A stretch of 57,474 bases of DNA from Desulfobacteria bacterium (GTDB lineage Bacteria; Desulfobacterota; Desulfobacteria; Desulfobacterales; C00003060). The stretch covers positions 1-57,474 of the forward strand of contig JAQYVR010000249.1 of the NCBI GenBank assembly GCA_030145395.1, written 5' to 3'. This document shows, in pieces, positions 18,429 through 27,171 of this stretch; the stretch's first letter is position 1, and every line of letters starts with the position of its first letter. Made by a program: the position numbers and the translations under genes. Below the pieces are notes generated by a model. It made no database searches, had not been told where the DNA came from, and saw nothing but the letters and a program-made list of their open reading frames with translations.

Positions 18429-18649
18429 ATAAAACCAATAAGTTACCTCGTTCCACTGAGCCTGCCATTCCCACCACTTTTGGCGAAAGTCGACCCAGGG
18501 TAGCTTACCCCGAGAAATCTCCCCTTCGCGCTTTTTCAATAAGGCCTTGCCTTTGTTTCTTTGTGGCTCTTGGAAGATTCATAAAAGAATTCCCCGTTGC
18601 GATAAAACCTGATCCAGTATGTCCTGCCCCGTTTGTAGATCATACCCAT
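18429..18649 (-). pseudogene. Truncated, frameshifted N-terminal stub of a tyrosine integrase
   Basis: The minus strand from ATG 18649 reads MGMIYKRGRTYWIRFYRNGEFFYESSKSHKETKA, then stops at 18538..18536. The sense continues in another frame (KKREGEISRGKLPWVDF...) and runs into the tRNA 3' end. Confidence 0.6.
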
Positions 18650-18813
18650 TTACATCAGCCTCTTTTCTTCTTTGATTTTAACCACTTGAAGCCAGTCTAG
18701 TCCAACCCTACTGGTTTTTGATCCGCACTTTACCCGCAAAAATCGAGTGTTGACTTATCGGAAATTTCTGGCATTCTACCCTGCGAATCTGGCGAGGAGG
18801 TTATTCTATATCC

Positions 18814-19194
18814 GTGGCGAAGAAGCTGACTGAGCAAAGAAAACATAAGCGATTTTCGGTCTCCAACGGTGCATTTGTCGCGCTTAGGCCTAACTATCTG
18901 AAAGTTGGTCAAGTTAAGAATATCGGTATGGATGGACTTACGTTTACATACTTGATGGATGACGGGAAACCACCAGACCAATCGCTTGAATTGGACATAT
19001 TCCTGGCTGATCAGACTTTCTGGCTGGAGGGGGTGCCATTTACAATCATTTCGGATTTCTACATTGATGGGATCCCTTTCAGTTCTGTAAAAACGAGACA
19101 AATGGATGTGCAATTTGGAGGCCTGACGCTTGATCAGAAAGCTCACCTCGAATATTTCATCCAGAACCATACCAGCGGTGGGGAGAAAGCCTAA
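18814..19194 (+). CDS. PilZ-like domain protein (GTG start)
   Basis: 126 aa with RKHKR (RxxxR), followed about 25 aa later by NIGMDGL (a variant of D/NxSxxG). Confidence 0.6.
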   Translation: MAKKLTEQRKHKRFSVSNGAFVALRPNYLKVGQVKNIGMDGLTFTYLMDDGKPPDQSLELDIFLADQTFWLEGVPFTIISDFYIDGIPFSSVKTRQMDVQFGGLTLDQKAHLEYFIQNHTSGGEKA

Positions 19195-19208
19195 GAGATA
19201 GAATAACA

Positions 19209-19275
19209 TTGAAGATTCCCCGCCTTGAAGGACGGGAGTTCTGCCCTACGGCAGCACTTCGTGTGCGGGGAGCCC
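19209..19275. repeat. Two-hairpin REP-like element (family A copy)
   Basis: TTGAAGATTCCCCGCCTTGAAGGACGGGAGTTCTGCCCTACGGCAGCACTTCGTGTGCGGGGAGC is near-identical to the reverse complement of 49836..49908. Confidence 0.65.
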
Positions 19276-19595
19276 GGTCAAAGAGCGGGTGGTGAGAAAC
19301 CCCGAATCAGCGCCTATCTTAACCTACATGGCAGATTAGAGACGACTGTTTTCGGGTCAAGGGTTGCGGATTATCCCCTCCCTGGAGGCTTTTTCTATGT
19401 CCTAACCCCTCAAAACTTCCTTTTATCCAAGTGTATCTGTCTTCATCCGCGTGCTGTTTTGATCAATCTGCTTTGCCTTTCCCGGTCATTGTGCTAAATC
19501 ATCAAGTCTACAGTGCCCCGAAAGACCATACCCACATAAAGAATGGCAAGGAGTTACGTTTGGAACAAAACCTTGAGAAAGAACTAAGGGAAGCC

Positions 19596-19802
19596 ATGGG
19601 CGACATAGAGTGCCCCAAGGGTTTCAAGTGTTGTACGGAGGGACTTGAGAAGCTCTGCAAAGCACAAGATGTTGGACTGGAAGAGTTCCTGGAATGCTTG
19701 GAAGAAAATCCCCTGGAATGCACATTTTCAGTACATTATGGTGCTGTGTTCTATTGTAGGTGCCCCCTTCGCGTTTATATCGTTAAGAAGTTTGGGGAGT
19801 AA
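19596..19802 (+). CDS. Small Cys-rich protein (68 aa if ATG 19596 is used; the ORF is open from 19431)
   Basis: MGDIECPKGFKCCTEGLEKLCKA...CRCPLRVYIVKKFGE has 9 Cys. It ends 25 nt before the pilin gene. The start is uncertain. Confidence 0.45.
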   Translation: MGDIECPKGFKCCTEGLEKLCKAQDVGLEEFLECLEENPLECTFSVHYGAVFYCRCPLRVYIVKKFGE

Positions 19803-19827
19803 CCAATCACAACGGCATAGGAAACCG

Positions 19828-20190
19828 ATGATATTGAAAAAGACAAACACAACGGGTTTCACTTTGATTGAGCTCATGATTGTCATAGCAATTATCGGCA
19901 TTTTGGCTGCCATTGCCATCCCAAACTTCATTAACTATCGCATGCGAGGCTACAATGCAGGGGCCAATGGAGATGCCAGGAATGCCTACACAGCTGCTCA
20001 AGCTTATTTTCATGAATGGCCGGACGAATCCTGTTCTTCAGTTGGATCACTCAACGCTTACGGATTCAGACAGACACCTAATCTCACAGTGGCAATCGGT
20101 GGAACCCAGAATTCCTTGACCATTACCACCTACCACAACTCAGGAGATAAGACCTTCACCGTTAACTACGAGGGACGCATCAGTCATTGA
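19828..20190 (+). CDS. Type IV pilin-like protein (prepilin with N-terminal methylation motif)
   Basis: MILKKTNTTG|FTLIELMIVIAIIGILAAIAIPNF is a class III signal peptide with Glu at +5. The start is the internal ATG of the listed ORF. Confidence 0.85.
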   Translation: MILKKTNTTGFTLIELMIVIAIIGILAAIAIPNFINYRMRGYNAGANGDARNAYTAAQAYFHEWPDESCSSVGSLNAYGFRQTPNLTVAIGGTQNSLTITTYHNSGDKTFTVNYEGRISH

Positions 20191-20201
20191 GGTCTGTAGC
20201 C

Positions 20202-21263
20202 CTATACCCCGTTGTGGGCTTGTCCCTCCTCCTGTCCAACAATAAAACCTACGCCATCAATGCCGGCATCACATTCCGGGCACTTGCCGTCTCTGATTAC
20301 GTTCTTGGATATGCGATATCCCCATCGTTCAATCAAGTTCTGACCGCAGTTGTAACAGATCGTATTCTCACCTTCGTCTCCGGGTAGATTACCGCTATAA
20401 ACATAACGAAGCCCTGCCTCAAGCCCGATGCGACGGGCCTGGTCAATACTTTCCGCTGGCGTAGGCGGGCGGTCTGTGAGCTTGTAGGTCGGATGAAAAC
20501 GGCTGATGTGCCACGGGGTCTCGGGACCAAGTGAGTCCGCAATAAAGGAGGCCAGCCCTTGAAGTTCTCCTTTGTTATCATTGAGTCCGGGAATAAGGAG
20601 TGTGGTAACCTCCACAAAAACCCCGAGAGACTTCATCAGCTTCAGGGTCTCCATCACGTGCTTTCGCTTGGCACCACACTGCTCTTTATAAAAATCATCG
20701 TTAAAGGCCTTCAGGTCGACATTGGCTGCATCAAGGTAGGGATGAATCATGTGCAAGGCCTCGGAAGTCATATACCCATTTGTCACAAATACATTCAGGA
20801 TACCCTTTTCGTGTGCCAGCTTCGCCGTATCATATGCAAATTCAAAGAATACGGTAGGCTCAGTGTATGTATAGGCTATGCTCCTACAATCTGCCCGCTC
20901 TGCGGCGCTCACCACATCCTCCGGCCTGAAAGGGTCACCCAGAATCATCCCCTTGCGGTCTGCCGGAAGCTGGGCAATATCTGCGTTCTGGCAAAAACGG
21001 CACTTGAAATTGCACCCGACCGTGGCAATGGAATAGGAAAGGGAGCCTGGCAGGACATGAAACAGTGGTTTCTTTTCGATGGGATCAACATGCTGGGCAA
21101 TTAGCTTCCCATATACGAGGGTCTCCAGACTTCCATCCCGGTTTTCGCGGACCGCGCAAATGCCCCGTTTTCCCGCCTTGATAAGGCAACGATGGTCACA
21201 CAGATTGCATCGGACCTTCTCATCTTCTAAGTGTTCATACAGATAGGCTTCCATGATCTTCAT
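20202..21263 (-). CDS. AmmeMemoRadiSam-system-type radical SAM enzyme (PFL-activase-like)
   Basis: VRCNLCDHRCLI...GICAVR N-terminal Cys motif, then CNFKCRFCQN (CxxxCxxC). Start chosen at MKIMEAY (21263). Confidence 0.8.
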   Translation of the reverse strand: MKIMEAYLYEHLEDEKVRCNLCDHRCLIKAGKRGICAVRENRDGSLETLVYGKLIAQHVDPIEKKPLFHVLPGSLSYSIATVGCNFKCRFCQNADIAQLPADRKGMILGDPFRPEDVVSAAERADCRSIAYTYTEPTVFFEFAYDTAKLAHEKGILNVFVTNGYMTSEALHMIHPYLDAANVDLKAFNDDFYKEQCGAKRKHVMETLKLMKSLGVFVEVTTLLIPGLNDNKGELQGLASFIADSLGPETPWHISRFHPTYKLTDRPPTPAESIDQARRIGLEAGLRYVYSGNLPGDEGENTICYNCGQNLIERWGYRISKNVIRDGKCPECDAGIDGVGFIVGQEEGQAHNGV

Positions 21264-22039
21264 GCTTTTCGCCCGTATTGTGATGGCGTCTTCATCAACC
21301 CTGGAGCAACCCCTGTATGCTGCTCCACATACCCAATAGGTACGTTCTTGGTCTGATATCGTGGAACGAGAGTGACCACCATACCTATGAAGCAACCAAA
21401 GGGGCACCTCTGAACATAGTGCCATCTCTCCAAATATTGGGTGTATTTCCTGAAACTGGCCGGCAAATGATAAACCGTACCCCATTTGAGAGGCGTTTTG
21501 CCCAGCACCTCCTGAACATGCCGTTTAACCTGCCATACACTGAAAAATCTAGCCCGGTTGTATATGCTCTCTGAAAAGATGCCCTTCACCCTGCGCTCAA
21601 TGCCTTTGATCGCGTAACGGTTTAGGACACCCAAAAAGATGCGGCTCTCGGTCACACGACATGCTTCTTCAAGGGCTTTTTGAGCATCGTCCACAAATTC
21701 CAAGGTGGTAATCAAGGTGGCAATATCAAAGCTGTTATCCTCAAAAGGAAGGTCCTCGGCCAGTCCCTCGTGAAGCTCAACGCGGTGCCCAAGTTTTTTT
21801 TGTGCAATGCCTAGCATGTGAGGCGATGCATCAAGACCTGTTATGTCGAGACCCAACTCAGAAAACATAAGAAGATGCCTCCCCGTCCCGCATCCAATGT
21901 CCAAAACCCGCTCCCCCCGTACTGGTTCAAGGAGCCTTAGAGCCAACTCGTCTTCAAGATCAGTAACGAACCGGTTCTCAGGATTCTGATACCAGTTGTC
22001 ATACTGCCGAGCTGCGTTGTAGTCGAAAACGTATCCCAT
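21260..22039 (-). CDS. Class I SAM-dependent methyltransferase
   Basis: VLDIGCGTGRH motif I and a LEFVDD post-II region. Its stop overlaps the radical SAM start as ATGA. Confidence 0.8.
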   Translation of the reverse strand: MGYVFDYNAARQYDNWYQNPENRFVTDLEDELALRLLEPVRGERVLDIGCGTGRHLLMFSELGLDITGLDASPHMLGIAQKKLGHRVELHEGLAEDLPFEDNSFDIATLITTLEFVDDAQKALEEACRVTESRIFLGVLNRYAIKGIERRVKGIFSESIYNRARFFSVWQVKRHVQEVLGKTPLKWGTVYHLPASFRKYTQYLERWHYVQRCPFGCFIGMVVTLVPRYQTKNVPIGYVEQHTGVAPGLMKTPSQYGRKA

Positions 22040-22424
22040 GGGGTGTCTATCCCTGGCTGAAGAAACTCAGTACGCTCAATCGTCAGCGCTCCGTCGCCCG
22101 TTGTCCAAACAGCAGCCTCTTTCCCCACTTCTCCATATGCATAAGTTGGGTTGGAAAATATATATTTACATTGAAAGATGTCTTCTAATCAAGAGGAAAA
22201 CAGGGTGTCCTTTCGGCCCAAAAACAGGGCTGTGATTTTCCTTGATTTCGGTCCTCTCATCCACTATGAGATATGAAGCGTTTCGATCCTGCTAATCGTC
22301 TTTTGGGCTTTTGCCAATTCCCGCCCAATACAGGCCACTATGAGATTTCACCATTTACGGCAACGGAGCTGCTGCAGGCTATAAGGCAGTTTCGTGCTAT
22401 CGTGCATTTGTGAGAGGGGGACCC

Positions 22425-22844
22425 ATGGCAAGCGTTAACAAAGTTATCCTCATTGGTAACCTTGGAAGAGACCCGGAGGTACGCTACACTCCCAGTGGAA
22501 CAGCAGTAGCTAATTTCACCCTCGCCACCACGGAGACCTGGAACAACAAGGACGGTGAGAAGCAGTCTCACACAGAGTGGCACCGAATCGTGGCGTGGCG
22601 CCGACTGGGTGAAATCTGCGGAGAGTACCTTTCAAAGGGAAAACAGGTATACATCGAAGGGCGTATCCGGACAAACGAATGGGAAGACCAGGAAGGAAAC
22701 AAGCGGAGAACGACAGAGATTGAGGCCCTAAACATGCAAATGCTTGGATCAAGGGCCCAGTCAGAACCGCGCCAAGATGAAAGCCCCGGCCCGGGGTCCG
22801 CAACGGCATCCGGCGGCCCAACTGAGGACGACATCCCGTTTTAG
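22425..22844 (+). CDS. ssb: Single-stranded DNA-binding protein
   Basis: The OB-fold N-terminus is [26 protein letters not shown] Gly/Pro-rich linker leads to an acidic tip ending DDIPF. Confidence 0.92.
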   Translation: MASVNKVILIGNLGRDPEVRYTPSGTAVANFTLATTETWNNKDGEKQSHTEWHRIVAWRRLGEICGEYLSKGKQVYIEGRIRTNEWEDQEGNKRRTTEIEALNMQMLGSRAQSEPRQDESPGPGSATASGGPTEDDIPF

Positions 22845-23068
22845 CCCGTTTTGAAAAATATAGGCTGTTTCAAAACCAGTTCCGGGCATATATGAAGGGA
22901 TAGGTTTTTGTTCAAGGCCTAACCCCCGGCTCAGAAGGAAAGGCGAAGTTTCCAGGGGGCAGGATAGACGGTCGCGTGGCTTGCAGTCTGAACCACAGGC
23001 ATGTTCCCTTTATGAGTTTTGGGTAGGAAAACCAGGTTGGGCAAATGAGGGGGTTTTCAGGCAACCTC
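22845..23068. mobile_element. MITE-like element, degenerate copy M2
   Basis: The left end CGTTTTGAAAAAT and right end GGGCAAATGAGGGGGTTTTCAGGCAACCTC resemble the M1/M4 ends. An internal TTTTTGTTCAAGGCC matches 43381..43395. Confidence 0.4.
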
Positions 23069-23134
23069 AGGTGATCGAAACTTGGTATGAAGTCTTAAGC
23101 TGGATCCGATCGTGAAAGATTAAGAGAATCTGCC

Positions 23135-23338
23135 CTAAGCTTTATTTTCCTCGTCCAGTCTATTTGACTCTTCGGACTCGGACTCAGGTTTTTCTTCTAA
23201 CTCCCCGGAGGTTGCTTTCTTGAAGTTCTTGATCCCTCTTCCGATACCGCTTCCAATCTCAGGCAGTTTGCCCGCCCCGAAAATGATGAGGATAATTACC
23301 AGAATTATGATCAATTCCGGCATGCCGATTCCGAACAT
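23135..23338 (-). CDS. tatA: Twin-arginine translocase subunit TatA/E
   Basis: 67 aa, [27 protein letters not shown] with an acidic tail. Confidence 0.9.
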   Translation of the reverse strand: MFGIGMPELIIILVIILIIFGAGKLPEIGSGIGRGIKNFKKATSGELEEKPESESEESNRLDEENKA

Positions 23339-23445
23339 TTAGCCTCCCCCTTTCCTTCCTATCGGTCTGAAAAGATTTATTTTCTCTTTTGATCGTTAAA
23401 TCTCAGCGCAGATGCAAAGATAACACCTAAACCTGAGTGTGTCAA

Positions 23446-23862
23446 TCACTGCGGGGTTGGGTCACCCTTAGTACGTTCCGTAATCTTTCCGTATGCCCCG
23501 TTAATCTCAGCCATCTTTTCTTTGGCCAGTTCCCGAATCACTGGATCTGCGTCCACAAATCTGTCAGGATGATACTTTTGGGCAAGTCTTTTATAAGCCG
23601 TTCTGATTTGCTGGGGTTCGGCATCGTATGGGACTTGAAGCACGTCATATTGCTCTTTCAGCCCGGTGCCGGGTGTCCCCTTGTCCAAGAGTTCCGGATT
23701 CTCATGCAGCGTGTGTCCTACCAGGAGGCCGAGAGCAGCCCCAACCGGGCCCCCCATAATCCAGCCTATGCCTGCCCCGAGTACCTTATGCAACTTACCA
23801 TTGCTTTTCTCATCCATTTCACAAAGAATTATCTCCCATATGGCCAATCGAGTCAAGCCCAA
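23446..23862 (-). CDS. J-domain (DnaJ-like) membrane-associated protein
   Basis: The C-terminal J domain has YDVLQVPYDAEPQQIRTAYKRLAQKYHPD. An N-terminal Gly-rich hydrophobic segment is present. The start may instead be MDEKS (23817). Confidence 0.7.
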   Translation of the reverse strand: MGLTRLAIWEIILCEMDEKSNGKLHKVLGAGIGWIMGGPVGAALGLLVGHTLHENPELLDKGTPGTGLKEQYDVLQVPYDAEPQQIRTAYKRLAQKYHPDRFVDADPVIRELAKEKMAEINGAYGKITERTKGDPTPQ

Positions 23863-24047
23863 TAACCTTCTTGCTCGAAAGGACCGAGTGTGTTAGGCAT
23901 ATTACGTTAACTATCACAATAGTCTAATCTAAACAGGGTGTTGTCCAAAGAGCTGTCCGCGTTGCAGCTCCCGAGTTATTTATTGCAGACAGCGCCACCG
24001 ATTAATCGATTATAAACCATATAATTTAAAGAATAGGACCTCCTGTT

Positions 24048-25115
24048 ATGGCTCAATTTAGAGGGAATGCTCTGGGACTGTTGATTGGAAGCCTTCCAAT
24101 CACCGACCATGACCAGGCTATTGACCTGGTTTTCAAATACACACCCGATATCCCTTTATGGGTTCAACTGCCGGTTCACCCGGAAGAGAGCATGATGACC
24201 CAGTTCTTGGGTGGCATGCCCGGCCTCGTGCTCAACCAAGACCGTGTCTTTGTTGATACTTCAGGATCATCTTTTGAGGAGGGCTTGCTAGGATTCTACG
24301 AGGACTACCTGGCCATAACCGAAGGCGGCTTACCTTTGGACGGCACCCGATTTGTCCTGACCCCGGAAACCGCTCGGGGATTCTTCACTCTGCTCGACAG
24401 GATGAAATCGGCCGTTGAACTCCCCACAGCTCTCAAAGGCCAGGTCACCGGACCTGTGACTCTGGCCACAGGATTGGCGGACCAGAACAGGAGAGCCCTG
24501 TTCTATGATGACCGCCTTCTGGATGTAGTGGTTAAGAACCTTGCCATGAAAGCACGCTGGCAGGTGGAAAATCTATCAGAACGGGGCATCCCAGCCATCA
24601 TCTTCATAGACGAACCCGGCCTGGCCGGGTTTGGGACTTCTGCCTTTATCAGTATATCCAGGGAAGACGTTGATCGGGTCCTGTCAGAAGTCATTGACGC
24701 TATACATCAGGCAGGAGGCCTTGCCGGCGTCCATGTGTGCGCCAATACGGATTGGTCCTTAATCCTCGACTCCTCGGCAGACATACTGAGCTTTGATGCT
24801 TACGGCTTCTCTGACCGCCTGACCCTCTACGAGGAATCCCTCAAAACTTTTCTCGACCAGGGCCGAATTCTTGCGTGGGGAATTGTCCCCACCGCGGACA
24901 CCAGGGACATAGAAAACGAAACCGCTTCCAGCCTTGTGGCAAAATGGGAATCACACGTTGATCGGCTGGAAGCCATAGGCATAGAACGCTCAAAGATCAT
25001 GACACAGTCTCTTATTACGCCAAGCTGCGGGACCGGTTCCATGAGCCAGGATCACGCAATCAAGGTGCTTGATATGACCCGAGAGGTTTCGCAGATCTTG
25101 CGCTCCAAAGCTTGA
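24048..25115 (+). CDS. MetE-C-terminal/URO-D-like (cobalamin-independent methionine synthase family) protein
   Basis: 355 aa. An HxC motif (GVHVCAN) and a later PSCG motif resemble the MetE Zn ligands. The family-level call is made by eye only. Confidence 0.5.
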   Translation: MAQFRGNALGLLIGSLPITDHDQAIDLVFKYTPDIPLWVQLPVHPEESMMTQFLGGMPGLVLNQDRVFVDTSGSSFEEGLLGFYEDYLAITEGGLPLDGTRFVLTPETARGFFTLLDRMKSAVELPTALKGQVTGPVTLATGLADQNRRALFYDDRLLDVVVKNLAMKARWQVENLSERGIPAIIFIDEPGLAGFGTSAFISISREDVDRVLSEVIDAIHQAGGLAGVHVCANTDWSLILDSSADILSFDAYGFSDRLTLYEESLKTFLDQGRILAWGIVPTADTRDIENETASSLVAKWESHVDRLEAIGIERSKIMTQSLITPSCGTGSMSQDHAIKVLDMTREVSQILRSKA

Positions 25116-25420
25116 CGGCTTCGCGAGAAGTCCATCTGCGGCGTTGCGGTTGTCTGCAAACAGACTTAGATCAAAGGCACTGACGTGACTGCTTGGTTTC
25201 GCGGCCTTTGGCCGGAAACCAAGGCCACCTGCTTCGCAGGTTGCTGTCTATGCGTCTTTCGTCATTGCAATGTACAAAGATGGTGCAAGGTCTAGGGGAG
25301 CTTGAGTTGCCTCATTCGGCCTTGTGCCTTTGGCCTTATGCCTTTAGCCTTTTGGTAACGATTCATTCCGCAAAAAACTCTGGCCTGGCATATGGAACAA
25401 TGCTCAGCTCATACATAAAC

Positions 25421-25834
25421 ATGAAGATGCGCGTCCTTTACTTATGTGTAATCTTATTCTTTCTTGTTTGCGGCTCCGCGGGCAGCGCATATGCTGAACC
25501 ATTCAAAGGACCGTGGGAAAAGGAGCGTGTTGAGGACGCCTCTTCCACGCAGGCACCGGGTCGGTTCAACCCTCTTCGCGCCCTGGTTAAACTCTATGCG
25601 AAGAACATCTCCCCCATCGATGGGAAGGAATGTCCCATGTATCCGAGCTGTTCGGCATACAGCCTGCTCTGTTTTGAGAAACATGGGCTTATCAAGGGAT
25701 GGGTAATGACTTGTGATCGGCTGCTCCACGAGGCGGATGAAATGCGCGAGGCGCCGATTATTTACATAAATGGGATGGAAATGTTTGATGATCCTCTTAA
25801 GAACAATGATTTCTGGTGGCACAGTGAGCGCTGA
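25421..25834 (+). CDS. YidD-like (membrane protein insertion efficiency factor / haemolytic domain) protein with signal peptide
   Basis: ISPIDGKECPMYPSCSAYS motif. The internal ATG at 25421 gives the signal-like N-terminus MKMRVLYLCVILFFLVCGSAGSAYA. Confidence 0.7.
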   Translation: MKMRVLYLCVILFFLVCGSAGSAYAEPFKGPWEKERVEDASSTQAPGRFNPLRALVKLYAKNISPIDGKECPMYPSCSAYSLLCFEKHGLIKGWVMTCDRLLHEADEMREAPIIYINGMEMFDDPLKNNDFWWHSER

Positions 25835-26774
25835 CCCCCGCATTTTGCGGTCAGCATGGCTTGCAGCCGCTTTAGCCTTTTGCATTTGCTTTTTTCCTGT
25901 CTATTCGTATCCCGGCCAGGCTGTTCTACTCGATCCCGACCGTCAATTTCAGTTTGCCGAACAATATTTTCAAAAAGGGGAATACTACAGGGCGATCGGA
26001 GAATATGAACGCTTCATATATTTCTTCCCTGAGGCTGAGGGGGTTGAGCTTGCCAGGTACAAGATCGGTTTGGCCTATCTCAGAGGAGAACGGTATGAAG
26101 GGGCTATTGAGGCGTTCGGGCACCTCACAGAAGAACGTCCCGACTCGAGGTATGCTGTCAAGTCTTATCTTGGAATAAGTGAAGCATATGTCCAACTTAG
26201 GCGCTATGATGAAGCTGTCATCAATCTTGAAAATCTGATAACCATTGCCCCTGATCAAGACATCAAAGATGAAGCCTATTATCAATGCGGCTGGGTTCAT
26301 CTGGACAGAGGATTGTGGGAAAATGCGAAAGTCCATTTCAATAAGATTTCCCCCAAGAATCGAGAGAAATACAGGCTTGAGCAGTTCTTAAAGGAATTAG
26401 ACAACAAAGAACAGCTCAAGTACAAAGATCCCACGGCTGCAGGACTGCTTGCTATTGTGCCGGGTGCAGGCCACCTGTACTGCGAAAGACACAGAGATGC
26501 CTTGGTCTCCTTCTTAGTCAACGGGGCATTGATCTATGCCGCTTACGAGGCCTTTGACCATGATCAGAATGCCCTTGGTGGAATGGTTGCTTTGTTTGAA
26601 GTTGGTCTCTATTCCGGCAATATTTACAGCGCGGTCAGCAGCGCGCATAAGTATAACCGATATGAGAAAGACCGCTTTTTGAAATACTTGAAAGAGGAGG
26701 CCAAGGTCGATTTTTCATTCGGAGGGACTGGAGGAGACAAAACGTTTATGCTGTCCTGCCGAGTCCCTTTTTAG
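25806..26774 (+). CDS. TPR-repeat protein with C-terminal membrane segments
   Basis: It has YbgF-like TPR units after a signal/anchor and two hydrophobic helices near the C-terminus. It overlaps the yidD-like stop. The start is uncertain (25770/25806). Confidence 0.6.
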   Translation: MISGGTVSADPRILRSAWLAAALAFCICFFPVYSYPGQAVLLDPDRQFQFAEQYFQKGEYYRAIGEYERFIYFFPEAEGVELARYKIGLAYLRGERYEGAIEAFGHLTEERPDSRYAVKSYLGISEAYVQLRRYDEAVINLENLITIAPDQDIKDEAYYQCGWVHLDRGLWENAKVHFNKISPKNREKYRLEQFLKELDNKEQLKYKDPTAAGLLAIVPGAGHLYCERHRDALVSFLVNGALIYAAYEAFDHDQNALGGMVALFEVGLYSGNIYSAVSSAHKYNRYEKDRFLKYLKEEAKVDFSFGGTGGDKTFMLSCRVPF

Positions 26775-26800
26775 TCTTTCTATCCCTCTCTAAACTCTCG

Positions 26801-27067
26801 GAAACCTTTGCACAACTCCTTGAAACCCCCTCATGAACTTCTTGGGGCACCCATCCGGGCCAAGCAAACGGCCCACGTCAGTGGGCAAATCCTGAACTGT
26901 TTGAGGCCATTAGGCCGAGTGTAGCGCTACGGTTGCGCCTCACGGCTTGCCTCGTTTCAAGGCGCAGGCCGCACAAGAGGCACTGCGTGCCAGGATTTAG
27001 TGAGCAAGCCCGTAGATGGGTCAAAAAGTTCATGTAACTAAGTGAAAAGAGGTTATGCAAAGGTCTC
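26801..27067. mobile_element. MITE-like element, copy M3 (full length)
   Basis: The terminal inverted repeats GAAACCTTTGCACAA (26801..26815) and TTATGCAAAGGTCTC (27053..27067) match at 13/15 positions, with a longer imperfect IR extending through CATGAACTT. The core GTTGCGCCTCACGGCTTGC...AAGAGGCACTGCGTG is shared with 46440..46480. Confidence 0.6.
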
Positions 27068-27171
27068 TCTCTCATTCTCCTCTGCTCTCAGGCCATAGGC
27101 CCAACCTTCGAACATCCCTGCAGTAGAGATAGATTCCTACAGATCGAGAAAAGTCGGAACAGACCCGGAAC

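Noticed and set aside
18139-18700. Listed ORFs 18139..18477 (-), 18273..18539 (-) and 18308..18700 (+)
   Set aside because: They run straight through the tRNA-Leu gene and the integrase scar. They are read-through translations of RNA-gene or pseudogene sequence.
18770-18790. Sigma-54 promoter (TGGCATTCTACCCTGCG) upstream of the PilZ gene, and TGGCAAGGAGTTACG at 19543 upstream of the Cys-rich/pilin genes
   Set aside because: The GG-to-GC spacing is off by one in the first. In the second the -12 element is TACG rather than TTGC. Neither meets the strict -24/-12 geometry.
19365-19392. Possible degenerate attR (AGGGTTGCGGATTATCCCCTCCCTGGAGG vs the tRNA-Leu 3' end GGGGGTTCAATTCCCCCCTCCGGCACCA)
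   Set aside because: The similarity is patchy and needs gaps, so it is not distinguishable from chance by eye. It is left as a check under the tRNA/integrase finding.
19276-19430. c-di-GMP riboswitch between the PilZ gene and the pilin genes
   Set aside because: The context was tempting, but I could not identify the conserved GEMM-I or c-di-GMP-II core sequences or a convincing terminator. Only weak local pairings are present.
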